Shown here piece after piece: positions 9,188 to 19,026 of a stretch of DNA of 64,000 bases. The stretch's first letter is position 1. Each line of letters starts with the position of its first letter. The notes under the pieces were generated by a model. That model saw only the letters and a program-made list of their open reading frames with translations. It was not told the origin of the DNA and made no database searches. Source of the DNA: Syntrophomonadaceae bacterium (GTDB lineage Bacteria; Bacillota; Dethiobacteria; DTU022); NCBI GenBank assembly GCA_007130825.1, contig SLRT01000033.1, positions 489 to 64,488 on the forward strand, read 5' to 3'. Made by a program: the position numbers and the translations under genes.

Positions 9188-10026
9188 TGACACAGATAAA
9201 TAAACCGTTAAAAGATCAAGCGGTCCTTTATCCGGGCGATAAAACAGATTTTGCGGATCATTACCCCGGGTTATTTAACGGTAAGCATCGCTGGTTTGAC
9301 ACCCTGGCAAATTTTTTATTTCCTGCCCGCTGCCTGCTTTGTCATGATATTCTGCCTTTGGCGACAGGAAGTTCTCTTTGCAGTTCCTGCCAGGAGCATT
9401 ACAGGGCCGGTGGCCAAATTTGTCCGCAGTGCGAAGGATTTTTCCGGGGAACGGCCCCGTGCTCCTGTTTGCCTGAAGGCTCACCACTGCAGGCCCTTTT
9501 TACAATTTCTCTATACGATCAAAATTGGCGGCGCCTGATTCACGACCTGAAATACAGGAACCGCCGTGCCGCCGCCCGCCCCCTCGGCATCTGGCTCGCC
9601 CGTGAAATTATAAATCAGGGCTACTGTACCCCGGACCTGGTTGTGCCCGTTCCCCTGCACCGGCTTCGTAAAAAAGAACGTGGTTATAACCAGAGCGCCC
9701 TGCTCGCCCACTCTAGCGCACTGGCTTTGAACATTCCCTGCGATAATCTTTTGGTAAAAGATAAACCCACCCGGTCCCAGACCGCTGTTTCGCGCTGCGA
9801 AAGGCACGCAAATATCCGCGGTGTTTTTAAGTGTGCAGCACCACCCCCGCCCGGGACCAGGGTACTGCTGATCGATGATGTTTACTCCACCGGAAACACG
9901 ATGAAGGAAGCAGCGACAGTTCTGAGTAGCAGGGGGGCCCGGGTTTTTGGCGCGGTTATCGCTTATAATCCTCATATCAAGTCATTGCAGCGTTCAGGAT
10001 TCTATGCCGGCCTGGATCAGTGGTAA
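9187..10026 (+). CDS. comFC: ComF family protein (ComFC-like, zinc ribbon plus phosphoribosyltransferase domain).
   Basis: N-terminal CxxC...CxxC and C-terminal LLIDDVYSTGNT PRT motif. The start overlaps the recD2 stop (TAATG). Confidence 0.8.
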   Translation: MTQINKPLKDQAVLYPGDKTDFADHYPGLFNGKHRWFDTLANFLFPARCLLCHDILPLATGSSLCSSCQEHYRAGGQICPQCEGFFRGTAPCSCLPEGSPLQALFTISLYDQNWRRLIHDLKYRNRRAAARPLGIWLAREIINQGYCTPDLVVPVPLHRLRKKERGYNQSALLAHSSALALNIPCDNLLVKDKPTRSQTAVSRCERHANIRGVFKCAAPPPPGTRVLLIDDVYSTGNTMKEAATVLSSRGARVFGAVIAYNPHIKSLQRSGFYAGLDQW

Positions 10027-10289
10027 ATTCAGCTGTGATAATAGATTGAAATTAGCAGGTTTTCCAGTGAAAGCAGTCCAGCGAAAATGCAATAACACTT
10101 GCTTCGCTTGTTCGTTTTCCATTACTAAAATGGTCTATCATGAAATTTTGAACATCCTCACCGGCCAAATTATTATTAGTATCCAAACACGGTATTTTTC
10201 CGGCAGGAATTTTTACTAAACTGGTGAATATGAATTGTAGTAACATAATTAAATGTGCTGGAAAAACTAATAACAGGAGGTCGTTGAAA

Positions 10290-10835
10290 ATGAAAATAAA
10301 TGTGCGCGGTAAAAATATTGATGCTTCACCTTCACTGGTAGATTATACCCACAAAAAAATGGGCAAACTGGACAAGCATTTTGATGAAAACACCGATGTT
10401 CAGGTAGTGATGAGTACTATTCGTGATGATCATATCGTGGAAGCCACCGTTAACTATAACGGTTTGATTTTACGTGGTGAAGAGACAACCGCTGATATGT
10501 ACGCCTCGATTGACCAGGTTGTCGATAAGCTGGAAAGGCAGGTTAAAAAATATAAAACCCGCATGAACAAACAGCTGCGGCAAAAAGGTACGCGTCTCAA
10601 AAGTGAAACGCTAGCAGCGTTTGAAGCTGAGGAGAGAAAAGAAGGAGAAGAGGAAGAGCCAAGAGTAGTCAGAACAAAGCGTTTTCCGCTCAAGCCGATG
10701 AGTGTGGAAGAAGCGATCCTGCAGATGGACTTGCTCGGCCACAACTTTTTTGTTTTTGCCAATGCTGAAACTGACGCAACGAATGTTATTTATCGGCGTA
10801 AGGACGGTAATTATGGGTTAATCGAACCTGAATAG
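10290..10835 (+). CDS. hpf: Ribosome hibernation promoting factor (long form).
   Basis: MKINVRGKNIDASPSLVDYTHKKMGKLDKHFD. RBS AGGAGG 7 nt upstream. The track start 10224 is unlikely. Confidence 0.9.
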   Translation: MKINVRGKNIDASPSLVDYTHKKMGKLDKHFDENTDVQVVMSTIRDDHIVEATVNYNGLILRGEETTADMYASIDQVVDKLERQVKKYKTRMNKQLRQKGTRLKSETLAAFEAEERKEGEEEEPRVVRTKRFPLKPMSVEEAILQMDLLGHNFFVFANAETDATNVIYRRKDGNYGLIEPE

Positions 10836-10837
10836 AG

Positions 10838-10857
10838 CGGCCATTTTAAAATGGCCG
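10838..10857. repeat. Perfect 20-bp palindrome CGGCCATTTTAAAATGGCCG just after the hpf stop.
   Basis: Read directly. It has no T-run, so it is not a classical terminator. Possible RNA hairpin or protein-binding site. Confidence 0.5.
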
Positions 10858-10883
10858 TAATTGTAACCGGAAGAGGTTTTCTT

Positions 10884-11999
10884 ATGAGCAAAGCTGTCAG
10901 TGCCGTAATTTTTGAGGGTTCTCAACCAAAAAGCCCGGTAGAAGAAATGATGGTCAAGGTTCGGCAGGCGGCCTTGCTCGATAATTTGGAAAAAATGAAC
11001 CAGGTGTCTTACTTTGACAATATCTACCTGCATACAAACCGGTCGGAACTGGTTGAGCCTGCAAAACGCCTGGGTGCGGAAGTCTGCCTGAATTATATAG
11101 CGAGACAACACTTTCATTACGGCCGGGAACTGCAGGCTGCAATCAAAAAACACAATTTGAGCAGGGTTTTTTGCTTTAACGGCGCCGGCTGTCCATTAAT
11201 TACGGTTGAAGAGTTGAACATGATTTGTTATAAATTGTTATGCCATGAGCGGTTTGTTTATACTAATAACACCCAGTCAGTGGATATGATTGCCTTTACG
11301 GTGCCTGATAATATTGCCGGTGCAGATCTTCCGGCGACAGATAACAGCCTGGCAATGACCCTGCGCGATCAGATGGGCCTTAGAATGGAATTGATGCCTC
11401 ACACACTCGGCCTTTTGTTTGATGTTGACACTCCAGCGGATGTGCTGGTTCTCGGGGCGGGGCCATTTGCCGGGCCGCATACCAGGGCAGTCCTGGATAG
11501 TTTGCAATTTGATTACAGCAACCTGGAGCAGGCCAAGGCAGTGCTTAAAGAGGAGTACGAGGACGTGGTTTTGATCGGCCGGGTTGGTGCTCCAATCATC
11601 GAACGCCTCAACGCTGTTTTAAAGTTGCGCCTGCGCGTGTTTTCCGAAGAGCGGGGCATGAAATCACTGGGCCGGATCGAAACAAAAGAGGTTGTCTCCC
11701 TGCTCGGGCTGCTGATTGACCATGCCGGCCTGGAACAATTTTTCAACTACCTGGCCCGGGTTGCCCGCTGTGCTTTCATAGATAGCCGGGTTTTGATGTA
11801 TCACTATCAGTATGATTTTCCTGATCAGTCGCGTTTTTTATCAGATCTCGGCCTGTGGACGGAAATAGAAGAGACCTGGTTGAAAGAATTTACCAGGTTG
11901 GCTGTGAATTGCCCGATTCCGGTTGTCTTGGGTGGACATTCTCTGGTTTCGGGCAGTATGTGGGCGCTTTGTAATGAACTCGACCCCGCTGCCATCTAG
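10884..11999 (+). CDS. Hypothetical protein (371 aa). It shows only weak resemblance to a MobA-like NTP-transferase fold and sits inside the conserved hpf-secA synteny.
   Basis: Long ORF with an RBS GGAAGAGG before ATG 10884. No confidently recognisable motifs, only an NGAGCPLI segment loosely like the GDxPLI of NTP transferases. Confidence 0.55.
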   Translation: MSKAVSAVIFEGSQPKSPVEEMMVKVRQAALLDNLEKMNQVSYFDNIYLHTNRSELVEPAKRLGAEVCLNYIARQHFHYGRELQAAIKKHNLSRVFCFNGAGCPLITVEELNMICYKLLCHERFVYTNNTQSVDMIAFTVPDNIAGADLPATDNSLAMTLRDQMGLRMELMPHTLGLLFDVDTPADVLVLGAGPFAGPHTRAVLDSLQFDYSNLEQAKAVLKEEYEDVVLIGRVGAPIIERLNAVLKLRLRVFSEERGMKSLGRIETKEVVSLLGLLIDHAGLEQFFNYLARVARCAFIDSRVLMYHYQYDFPDQSRFLSDLGLWTEIEETWLKEFTRLAVNCPIPVVLGGHSLVSGSMWALCNELDPAAI

Positions 12000-12127
12000 C
12001 TGCCGTAACTTGTTTGGCCGTTAAATCTTGTGGTAAAATTGACTTGCAAATCAGGATTCAGGATTCGACCTGGCGTTCGAATCTCTATGTATAATCAAGA
12101 CTTATGTAGCTTGAAAGGAGTTTTTTA

Positions 12128-15100
12128 ATGGCTGCATTATTTCAAAAAATATTTGGCGATCCCAATGAAAAAGAAATTCGCCAACTGCAAAAATATGTGG
12201 ACCAGGTAAATGATTTGGAGCAGTGGGCTTCTTCTTTTACTGAAGAACAGTTCCCGAAACAGACTGAACTTTTCAGGGAGCGCCTCCAGCGGGGGGAAGA
12301 TCCAGACGATCTTCTTCCTGAAGCTTTTGCCCTGGCCCGTGAAGCGGCCCGGCGCAAAACAGGAATGCGTCCTTTTGATGTACAGATCCTCGGCGCTGTT
12401 GTTCTTCACCAGGGCCGGATTGCCGAAATGAAAACTGGTGAAGGTAAAACCCTGGTTGCCATTTTACCGGCTTATCTGAATGCATTAACCGCTAAGGGAG
12501 TGCATATTGTTACCGTTAACGATTACCTGGCCTGGCGTGACCGGAACTGGATGGGACCTGTTTATGAACTGCTCGGTCTTTCGGTCGGCCTGGTCGTTCC
12601 GGGTCTTGAACCAGCGCAGCGCCGTGACGAGTACCAGGCAGATGTTGTTTATGCCACCAACAATGAGCTGGGCTTTGATTACCTGCGTGATAATATGGTT
12701 TTATATAAAGATCAAATGGTCCAAGGCGAGCATCATTATGCCATTATTGACGAAGTGGACAGTATCCTGATTGACGAATCGCGCACCCCGCTGATTATCA
12801 GCGGTCGGGTCGAAACAGATGAAGATTACGGCCGCTGGAAAGATGAAGTGGAGCATCTGATTCGCAAACAAGCCCACATGGTTAACGATCTTCTTAACAG
12901 TGCCCGTGAAGATCTGGAGGCTGGAAATGAGCATGATGCAGGCGAAAAACTGTTACTGGCCCGCCGCGGGTTACCTAAAAATAAGAAACTGATGAAAATC
13001 CTCAAAGAACCGGGCGTGGAAAAACTGGTTGAGCGCACCAAGCATCGTTTAATGACTGAAAAGCGGCTCAATCATCTTGACGAAGAGATTTACTACGTTA
13101 TCGATGAAGCTACCCGCCTGGCCGATATTAAGGATAAGGGCTACCGGGAACTTGAAAGGATTAATCCGGAGCTGACCAGGATACTGCGACTGGGCAAGGC
13201 TAAGCCTGATCAAGATGAAGATGAATATCTTGATGAAAATGATCACCTTGATGACGAGGATCAATTTAAAGAAAAAGCCGAGGATTTAGATAATGCGGAA
13301 GCTGCCGGTCAGCATCGGCATTATTTTGATCAGCTGATTAAAGCTTATTCCTTGTTTGAACGGGATGTCGATTACGTGGTCCAGGACGGCAAGGTAACTA
13401 TAATTGATGAGTTTACCGGCCGCCTGATGCCAGGGCGCCGTTATTCTGACGGTCTGCACCAGGCTATCGAAGCCAAGGAAGGAGTAGAAGTGCAGGCAGC
13501 TTCCCGAACCGTGGCCTCGATCACTTTCCAAAACTATTTTCGCATGTATGCCAAGATTGCCGGTATGACCGGCACTGCATTAACTGAGGAAGACGAGTTC
13601 CGCAGTATCTACGGCATGGACGTGGTGGCTGTTCCGACGAACAAGCCTTTAATCCGCGAGGAATGGCCGGACTTGATCTACAAAACAGAACAGGCTAAGT
13701 TCAATGCGGTGGTAGAGGCGATCAAGGAATGCCTGCAGCGCGGTCAACCGGTTTTAGTTGGGACTATATCAGTTGAAAAATCGGAAATGCTGAGCAAAAT
13801 GCTCAAGAACCAGGGTGTGCCCCACGAAGTGCTGAATGCCGTCAATCACACCCGCGAAGCATATATTATTGCCCAGGCCGGGCGTAAAGGGGCCGTAACC
13901 ATATCGACCAATATGGCCGGTAGAGGTACGGACATTATTCTCGGGGGAAACCCTGAATACCTGGTCAAAGAGCAGCTGGAAAACGACTTTGGCGCCGATT
14001 ATACCGAGCTTGATGCGGAAATGAAAGAACGATGGGCAAAGCTCCGCTCAGAATTGATCAAAGATGCAATTGAGGAAACAAAGAAACAACGTGAAGAAGT
14101 AGTGGCTGCCGGTGGCTTGCACGTTCTTGGCACCGAGCGCCATGAGAGCCGCCGAATTGACAATCAACTGCGCGGTCGTTCCGGTCGTCAGGGTGACCCC
14201 GGCTCTTCACAGTTTTTTGTTTCCCTGGAAGACGACCTGATGCGGCTTTTCGGCGGGGGAAACATAGCCAACCTGATGGAGCGCTTTGGTGTCGAAGAAG
14301 ATGTGCCCATCGATCACTCGCTGATCAGCAGGGGTATTGAGAATGCCCAAAAGAAAGTTGAGACCCGCAACTTCGAAATCCGACGCAACTTGCTTGATTA
14401 TGATGATGTTATGAACGAGCAGCGTAAAGTAATTTACAGTCAGCGCCGCCGGGTTCTCGAAGGCGAAGATATGAAGCAGCCGATAATGGAAATGGTCGAT
14501 GAGATCATTGACCGCCTGGTCCAGGAGTATACGGCCGAAAAAGGCTTTCTGGACGACGAAGAGGCCCGGGCTCTACTTGAAAGGGCAGAAAACCTGTTTG
14601 TCCGCAGGGGCAATATTTCTCTGGACAGCCTTATAGATCAGGAAGCATTTGATGCTAAAAAACTTTTAAGCGATGAAGCACATTTCTTTTACGAAGCCCG
14701 TGAAGCGGAAATGACCCCGGAAGTAATGCGTGAAGTGGAGAGGGTTGTCATGCTGCGCACCGTGGATCGGCACTGGATGAACTTTTTAAATGAAATGCAA
14801 GAACTGCGCCGGGATATTCATACCCAGGCCTATGGTCAGAGAAATCCCCTGGTGGAATACAGGTTGCAGAGCGCAAGAATGTTTGAAGATCTGATCCAGC
14901 AGTTACAGAGTGATGTAGTGCGTGCAGTGTACCATGTACAGGTAAGTGCCGCGCCGCGGAGGGAAGTCGTAGCCAGTGGAACGACCAGCCAGCGGCAGCG
15001 GATTGCCGCTGTTGGGGGTGGCAGCGCATCGTCCGGGGCGGCCCAGAATAAAACCGACCCAACCGGACAGGGTAAGCCGCAACCGGTTACCGTCGACAAA

Positions 15101-15169
15101 GTAGGCCGCAACGCCCCCTGTCCCTGTGGCAGCGGTAAAAAATATAAAAAATGCTGTGGAGCAAATTGA
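12128..15169 (+). CDS. secA: Preprotein translocase ATPase SecA (1013 aa). It has an enlarged preprotein cross-linking domain (PPXD) region and a C-terminal zinc-binding tail.
   Basis: Walker A GEGKT, IDEVDSILIDESRTPLIISG, C-terminal CPCGSGKKYKKCCG. RBS AAAGGAG. Confidence 0.95.
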   Translation: MAALFQKIFGDPNEKEIRQLQKYVDQVNDLEQWASSFTEEQFPKQTELFRERLQRGEDPDDLLPEAFALAREAARRKTGMRPFDVQILGAVVLHQGRIAEMKTGEGKTLVAILPAYLNALTAKGVHIVTVNDYLAWRDRNWMGPVYELLGLSVGLVVPGLEPAQRRDEYQADVVYATNNELGFDYLRDNMVLYKDQMVQGEHHYAIIDEVDSILIDESRTPLIISGRVETDEDYGRWKDEVEHLIRKQAHMVNDLLNSAREDLEAGNEHDAGEKLLLARRGLPKNKKLMKILKEPGVEKLVERTKHRLMTEKRLNHLDEEIYYVIDEATRLADIKDKGYRELERINPELTRILRLGKAKPDQDEDEYLDENDHLDDEDQFKEKAEDLDNAEAAGQHRHYFDQLIKAYSLFERDVDYVVQDGKVTIIDEFTGRLMPGRRYSDGLHQAIEAKEGVEVQAASRTVASITFQNYFRMYAKIAGMTGTALTEEDEFRSIYGMDVVAVPTNKPLIREEWPDLIYKTEQAKFNAVVEAIKECLQRGQPVLVGTISVEKSEMLSKMLKNQGVPHEVLNAVNHTREAYIIAQAGRKGAVTISTNMAGRGTDIILGGNPEYLVKEQLENDFGADYTELDAEMKERWAKLRSELIKDAIEETKKQREEVVAAGGLHVLGTERHESRRIDNQLRGRSGRQGDPGSSQFFVSLEDDLMRLFGGGNIANLMERFGVEEDVPIDHSLISRGIENAQKKVETRNFEIRRNLLDYDDVMNEQRKVIYSQRRRVLEGEDMKQPIMEMVDEIIDRLVQEYTAEKGFLDDEEARALLERAENLFVRRGNISLDSLIDQEAFDAKKLLSDEAHFFYEAREAEMTPEVMREVERVVMLRTVDRHWMNFLNEMQELRRDIHTQAYGQRNPLVEYRLQSARMFEDLIQQLQSDVVRAVYHVQVSAAPRREVVASGTTSQRQRIAAVGGGSASSGAAQNKTDPTGQGKPQPVTVDKVGRNAPCPCGSGKKYKKCCGAN

Positions 15170-15247
15170 AAGCGGGATAAAGTATGCCGGGACCTGGTTA
15201 TTTGATCCTGATTTCACAATCAATATTAAATGAAAGCTGGTGGTTAT

Positions 15248-16370
15248 ATGTTGAAAGAATTACGTGAAGAACTGGCTGTTCAAAAGAAAAGGTTCGAGGA
15301 AATGAGGGTTTCTCTTTGAATATGATTCAAAGCTCAAAATCCTGCAAGAGGTAGAAGCCAGGGCTAACGAACCGGGATTTTGGGAAGACAGCACCCGGGC
15401 CCGGAATTACTTAAAAAAACAAGGTAAATTAAGGGAACAGCTCCGTCCGCTGCAGGAACTGGAGAATATGATCGAAGAAACCGAGGTTTATCTGGAGTTG
15501 GCCGGCGAGGATGCTCTTGATGAGCATGAAGCAGTCAATGAAGCAAATCCGATCCTGGAAGAGATCAAACAGCGGCTTGACAAGATGGAACTGGAAACCC
15601 TGCTCGGGGGCGACTACGATTTTTGTGATTCGATAATTTCGCTTCATCCCGGAGCAGGGGGGTTGGAATCACAGGACTGGGCCGAGATGCTGTTGCGTAT
15701 GTACAACCGGTGGTGTGAGCAAAATGGCTACCAGGTCGAACTTGTAGATCTACTGGCCGATGATGAGGCCGGGATCAAAAGCGCCACGATAATTATTCGC
15801 GGGCATGCCGCATATGGTTATCTCCAGGCTGAAAAAGGTGTGCACCGGTTAATACGCATTTCTCCTTATGATACCTCCAAGCGGCGCCACACCTCCTTTG
15901 CCTCTGTAGATGTTATACCCGAGGTTGAAGAAGAAGAGTTTATTGTCAACTCCGATGATATAAAGGTTGACACATTCCGGGCCAGTGGAGCCGGAGGCCA
16001 GCATGTTAATAAAACAGATTCGGCGGTGCGGATTACCCATATCCCGACCGGGATCGTGGTCACTTGTCAGAATGATCGTTCCCAGCACAGTAATCGAACG
16101 CAGGCCCTGCGGGTGTTGCAGGCAAAGCTGGCTGAATTAACACGCCGGGAACAGGCTGAAGAGATTAGCGCCGAGCGTGGCCAACAAAGAGAAATTGCCT
16201 GGGGCAGTCAAATTCGCACCTATATTTTTCATCCTTTTACCCTGGTCAAAGACCACCGGACCGGAATGGAAGTCGGCCAGGTGGAAGCAGTGATGAATGG
16301 GATGCTCGATCCCTTTATTGATGCTTTTCTGCGCTGGAAAGTTCGCGGAAAAAATCCTCTTAAAAAATAG
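15248..16370 (+). CDS. prfB: Peptide chain release factor 2, with a programmed +1 frameshift at CTT TGA (15314-15319).
   Basis: Frame 1 encodes MLKELREELAVQKKRFEEMRVSL, then an in-frame TGA preceded by the SD-like AGGG. The +1 frame continues FEYDSKLKILQEVEARANEPGFWED... into the 15468 ORF, which carries the SPF and GGQ motifs. Confidence 0.9.
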
Positions 16371-16378
16371 GAGTTAAG

Positions 16379-17257
16379 ATGAAAATAGGGAAACCGCGGA
16401 TAAAAATAAAGGATGTAAAAACGTATCTTATCGACCTGCTTGGAATAATAGTCGGAACAACAATTATGGCTGTGGGCCTGAATATGTTTATGGTACCGAA
16501 TATGATTGTTCCCGGCGGTGTAAGCGGCCTCAGCGTTTTTTTATACCACCTGATCGGAGCTCCGATAGGCCTAAGCATAATACTTTTGAATATTCCCCTC
16601 TTTGTGACCGGTTACATAATTTTAGGTTCTCGAATAGTGGTCCAGAGTTTGGTGGGCACTATTCTGTTTTCTTTTGCTGTGGAGATAACCGCTCACTTTT
16701 TGCCGGAGGCTACCGACGATCTACTGCTGGCCGCCGTTTACGGCGGCGTAATTATGGGGGTTGGTGTTGGCCTGGTTTTCCGCTATCGCAGTTCGACCGG
16801 GGGAACTGGTTTGCTTTCATTAATCCTGGCTAAAACTACCGGGATGAGTCCGGGACAGGCTTTGTTTTGGGGTGATTTGTTTGTTTTGGCCCTGGCTATT
16901 TTTGTATTTGGCAGTGAACCGGCCATGTATTCAGCTCTCGCCCTATTTGTCAGCATCAAGGTAATTGACGCCATTCTTGAAGGGCTTGGTTTGGCGAAAC
17001 AGGCAATTATTATTACCCGCTGCGGTGCAGAAATTAACAAAAGGCTGATAAATGAAGTTGGACGCGGAGTGACCAGGATAGAAGCTGAGGGTGGCTATAC
17101 CGGTGAGGGCCGCGAGGTGTTGCTTTGCGTGGTTACCCGTCAACAAACGGCCAGGCTGAAATGGATAATCCACGAGGTTGATCCCAAAGCCTTTGTGATT
17201 ATCGGCAACGCCACGGAAGTCCACGGTGAAGGATTCAAACAAATGCAGCAGCAATAA
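16379..17257 (+). CDS. YitT family membrane protein (DUF161/DUF2179).
   Basis: Multi-TM N-terminal region plus the C-terminal DUF2179-like domain typical of YitT proteins. Confidence 0.75.
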   Translation: MKIGKPRIKIKDVKTYLIDLLGIIVGTTIMAVGLNMFMVPNMIVPGGVSGLSVFLYHLIGAPIGLSIILLNIPLFVTGYIILGSRIVVQSLVGTILFSFAVEITAHFLPEATDDLLLAAVYGGVIMGVGVGLVFRYRSSTGGTGLLSLILAKTTGMSPGQALFWGDLFVLALAIFVFGSEPAMYSALALFVSIKVIDAILEGLGLAKQAIIITRCGAEINKRLINEVGRGVTRIEAEGGYTGEGREVLLCVVTRQQTARLKWIIHEVDPKAFVIIGNATEVHGEGFKQMQQQ

Positions 17258-17432
17258 TAAATTGGAGCCAAATGTAACCCTGTTTATAGATATTAATGTT
17301 AACGGGGCTTAATAATTTGCAAAATAAGTAAATATATTGTAATATTGTGTGCAGGATTAAATAAATAATTGTCGAAGCAGTAGACAAGTACAGGCCATAT
17401 TATGTTAAGTATTGGACAGGAAGGTTTAACCG

Positions 17433-18122
17433 ATGGTCGAAGCACAAAATATGTATATGCGATATCATAAAGGTGAACAATACGCCCTGGAAAATGTAAA
17501 TTTTACTATCGATCGCAGCGAGTTTGTTTTTTTTGTCGGGTCGAGCGGCGCCGGAAAATCAACCTTGCTCAAACTGATTATTCGGGAAATACTGCCTTCC
17601 AGTGGTAAGCTGAAGGTATTTAATCGTGATGTTACCCGTTTGCCGCGGCATCGCTTACCTTACCTCAGGCGCAATATTGGGATGGTTTTTCAAGATTTTA
17701 GGTTGATGGAAGAAAGAACAGTTTATGATAATGTCGCTTTTGCAATGATTGTAATCGGTTCCTCCCGTAAGGAGATCCGGCGCAGGGTACCGCATGTTTT
17801 AAAACTGGTTGGACTGCAGGATAAGGCAAAAGTAAAAATAACAGATCTTTCCGGAGGGGAGCAGCAGCGTGTTGGATTGGCCCGGGCTATTGCCAACCGA
17901 CCGGCAATGATAATTGCTGATGAACCGACCGGCAACCTTGATCCGGGAACTGCGCTTGATATTATGAATCTACTGCATAATATAAATTTACGCGGGACCA
18001 CCGTTTTGGTAGCCACCCACAACCGCGATATTGTCGATCGTTTTAAGAAGAGGGTGTTATACTTTGAGAACGGTCAATTAGTCGGCGATGAGCTAAAGGG
18101 GATTTATTCCAATGTTCATTAG
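17433..18122 (+). CDS. ftsE: Cell division ATP-binding protein FtsE.
   Basis: ABC motifs [43 protein letters not shown]. Confidence 0.9.
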   Translation: MVEAQNMYMRYHKGEQYALENVNFTIDRSEFVFFVGSSGAGKSTLLKLIIREILPSSGKLKVFNRDVTRLPRHRLPYLRRNIGMVFQDFRLMEERTVYDNVAFAMIVIGSSRKEIRRRVPHVLKLVGLQDKAKVKITDLSGGEQQRVGLARAIANRPAMIIADEPTGNLDPGTALDIMNLLHNINLRGTTVLVATHNRDIVDRFKKRVLYFENGQLVGDELKGIYSNVH

Positions 18123-19017
18123 CAGCTTCATCTATATTTTTGGTGAAACAATTAAAGGGCTTTATCGCAACCGGTGGATGTGTATTACCTCTACCGGGGT
18201 AGTAGTGGTCACTATCTTGATGCTCGGTGTATTTATGGTCGTTAACCTGAACCTCAGCCATATTACCGAGTCGGTTAAAGAGCAGGTCGAGATAGTCGTA
18301 TGGATCGATGAAGATGCAGATCACTCGACTTTAAGTGCATTGGATGAAAAACTGTCCCGTCATGCTGAAGTAGACGAAATTAGCTATGTGTCCAGTGAAG
18401 AACATATGGGCCGCCTGCAGGAACAATTAGAAAGAGCAGGTCGAGGTAGTGGAATACTTGAGGGTTATGATACATCTTTGGACAACCCATTACTTGCTTC
18501 ATATGAAATTAAAACTGTAGTTCCCGAATTGGTCGTGACACTGGCCGATGAATTTGAAACTTACCCCGGAGTAGATGAAGTGTCTTATGGCCGGGGTTAT
18601 GTTGAAAATCTTTTTGCGGTGACCGGTGTAGTGCAGATAATCGGATTGGCCCTGATGGCCGGTCTTTCGGTAACAGCGGTATTTCTGATTTCACACACCA
18701 TCAAGCTAACTGTAATGATGCGCAAAAGGGAAATTACGATCATGAAATATGTAGGAGCCACCAATTGGTTTATTCGCTGGCCTTTTCTTTTAGAAGGCCT
18801 TTTGATGGGCTTTCTCGGGGCAGTGATACCTATGGCTTTACTGTATTATATTTACCAGCTGTCGATAGAGTGGATTGCTGCCAATGATCTTATGTTTATC
18901 AGTCCACTGCCCCTGGAGATGATCATGATTGAATTGTCCAAGTATCTTGTCCCACTGGGCACCGGGCTTGGTATGCTGGGCAGCACTTTTTCGATGGGAA
19001 GGTTTTTACGCGTATAG
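18112..19017 (+). CDS. ftsX: Cell division permease FtsX.
   Basis: Overlaps ftsE by 11 nt. N-terminal TM, a periplasmic domain and a C-terminal 3-TM FtsX fold. Confidence 0.85.
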   Translation: MFISSFIYIFGETIKGLYRNRWMCITSTGVVVVTILMLGVFMVVNLNLSHITESVKEQVEIVVWIDEDADHSTLSALDEKLSRHAEVDEISYVSSEEHMGRLQEQLERAGRGSGILEGYDTSLDNPLLASYEIKTVVPELVVTLADEFETYPGVDEVSYGRGYVENLFAVTGVVQIIGLALMAGLSVTAVFLISHTIKLTVMMRKREITIMKYVGATNWFIRWPFLLEGLLMGFLGAVIPMALLYYIYQLSIEWIAANDLMFISPLPLEMIMIELSKYLVPLGTGLGMLGSTFSMGRFLRV

Positions 19018-19026
19018 AGAGATAAA

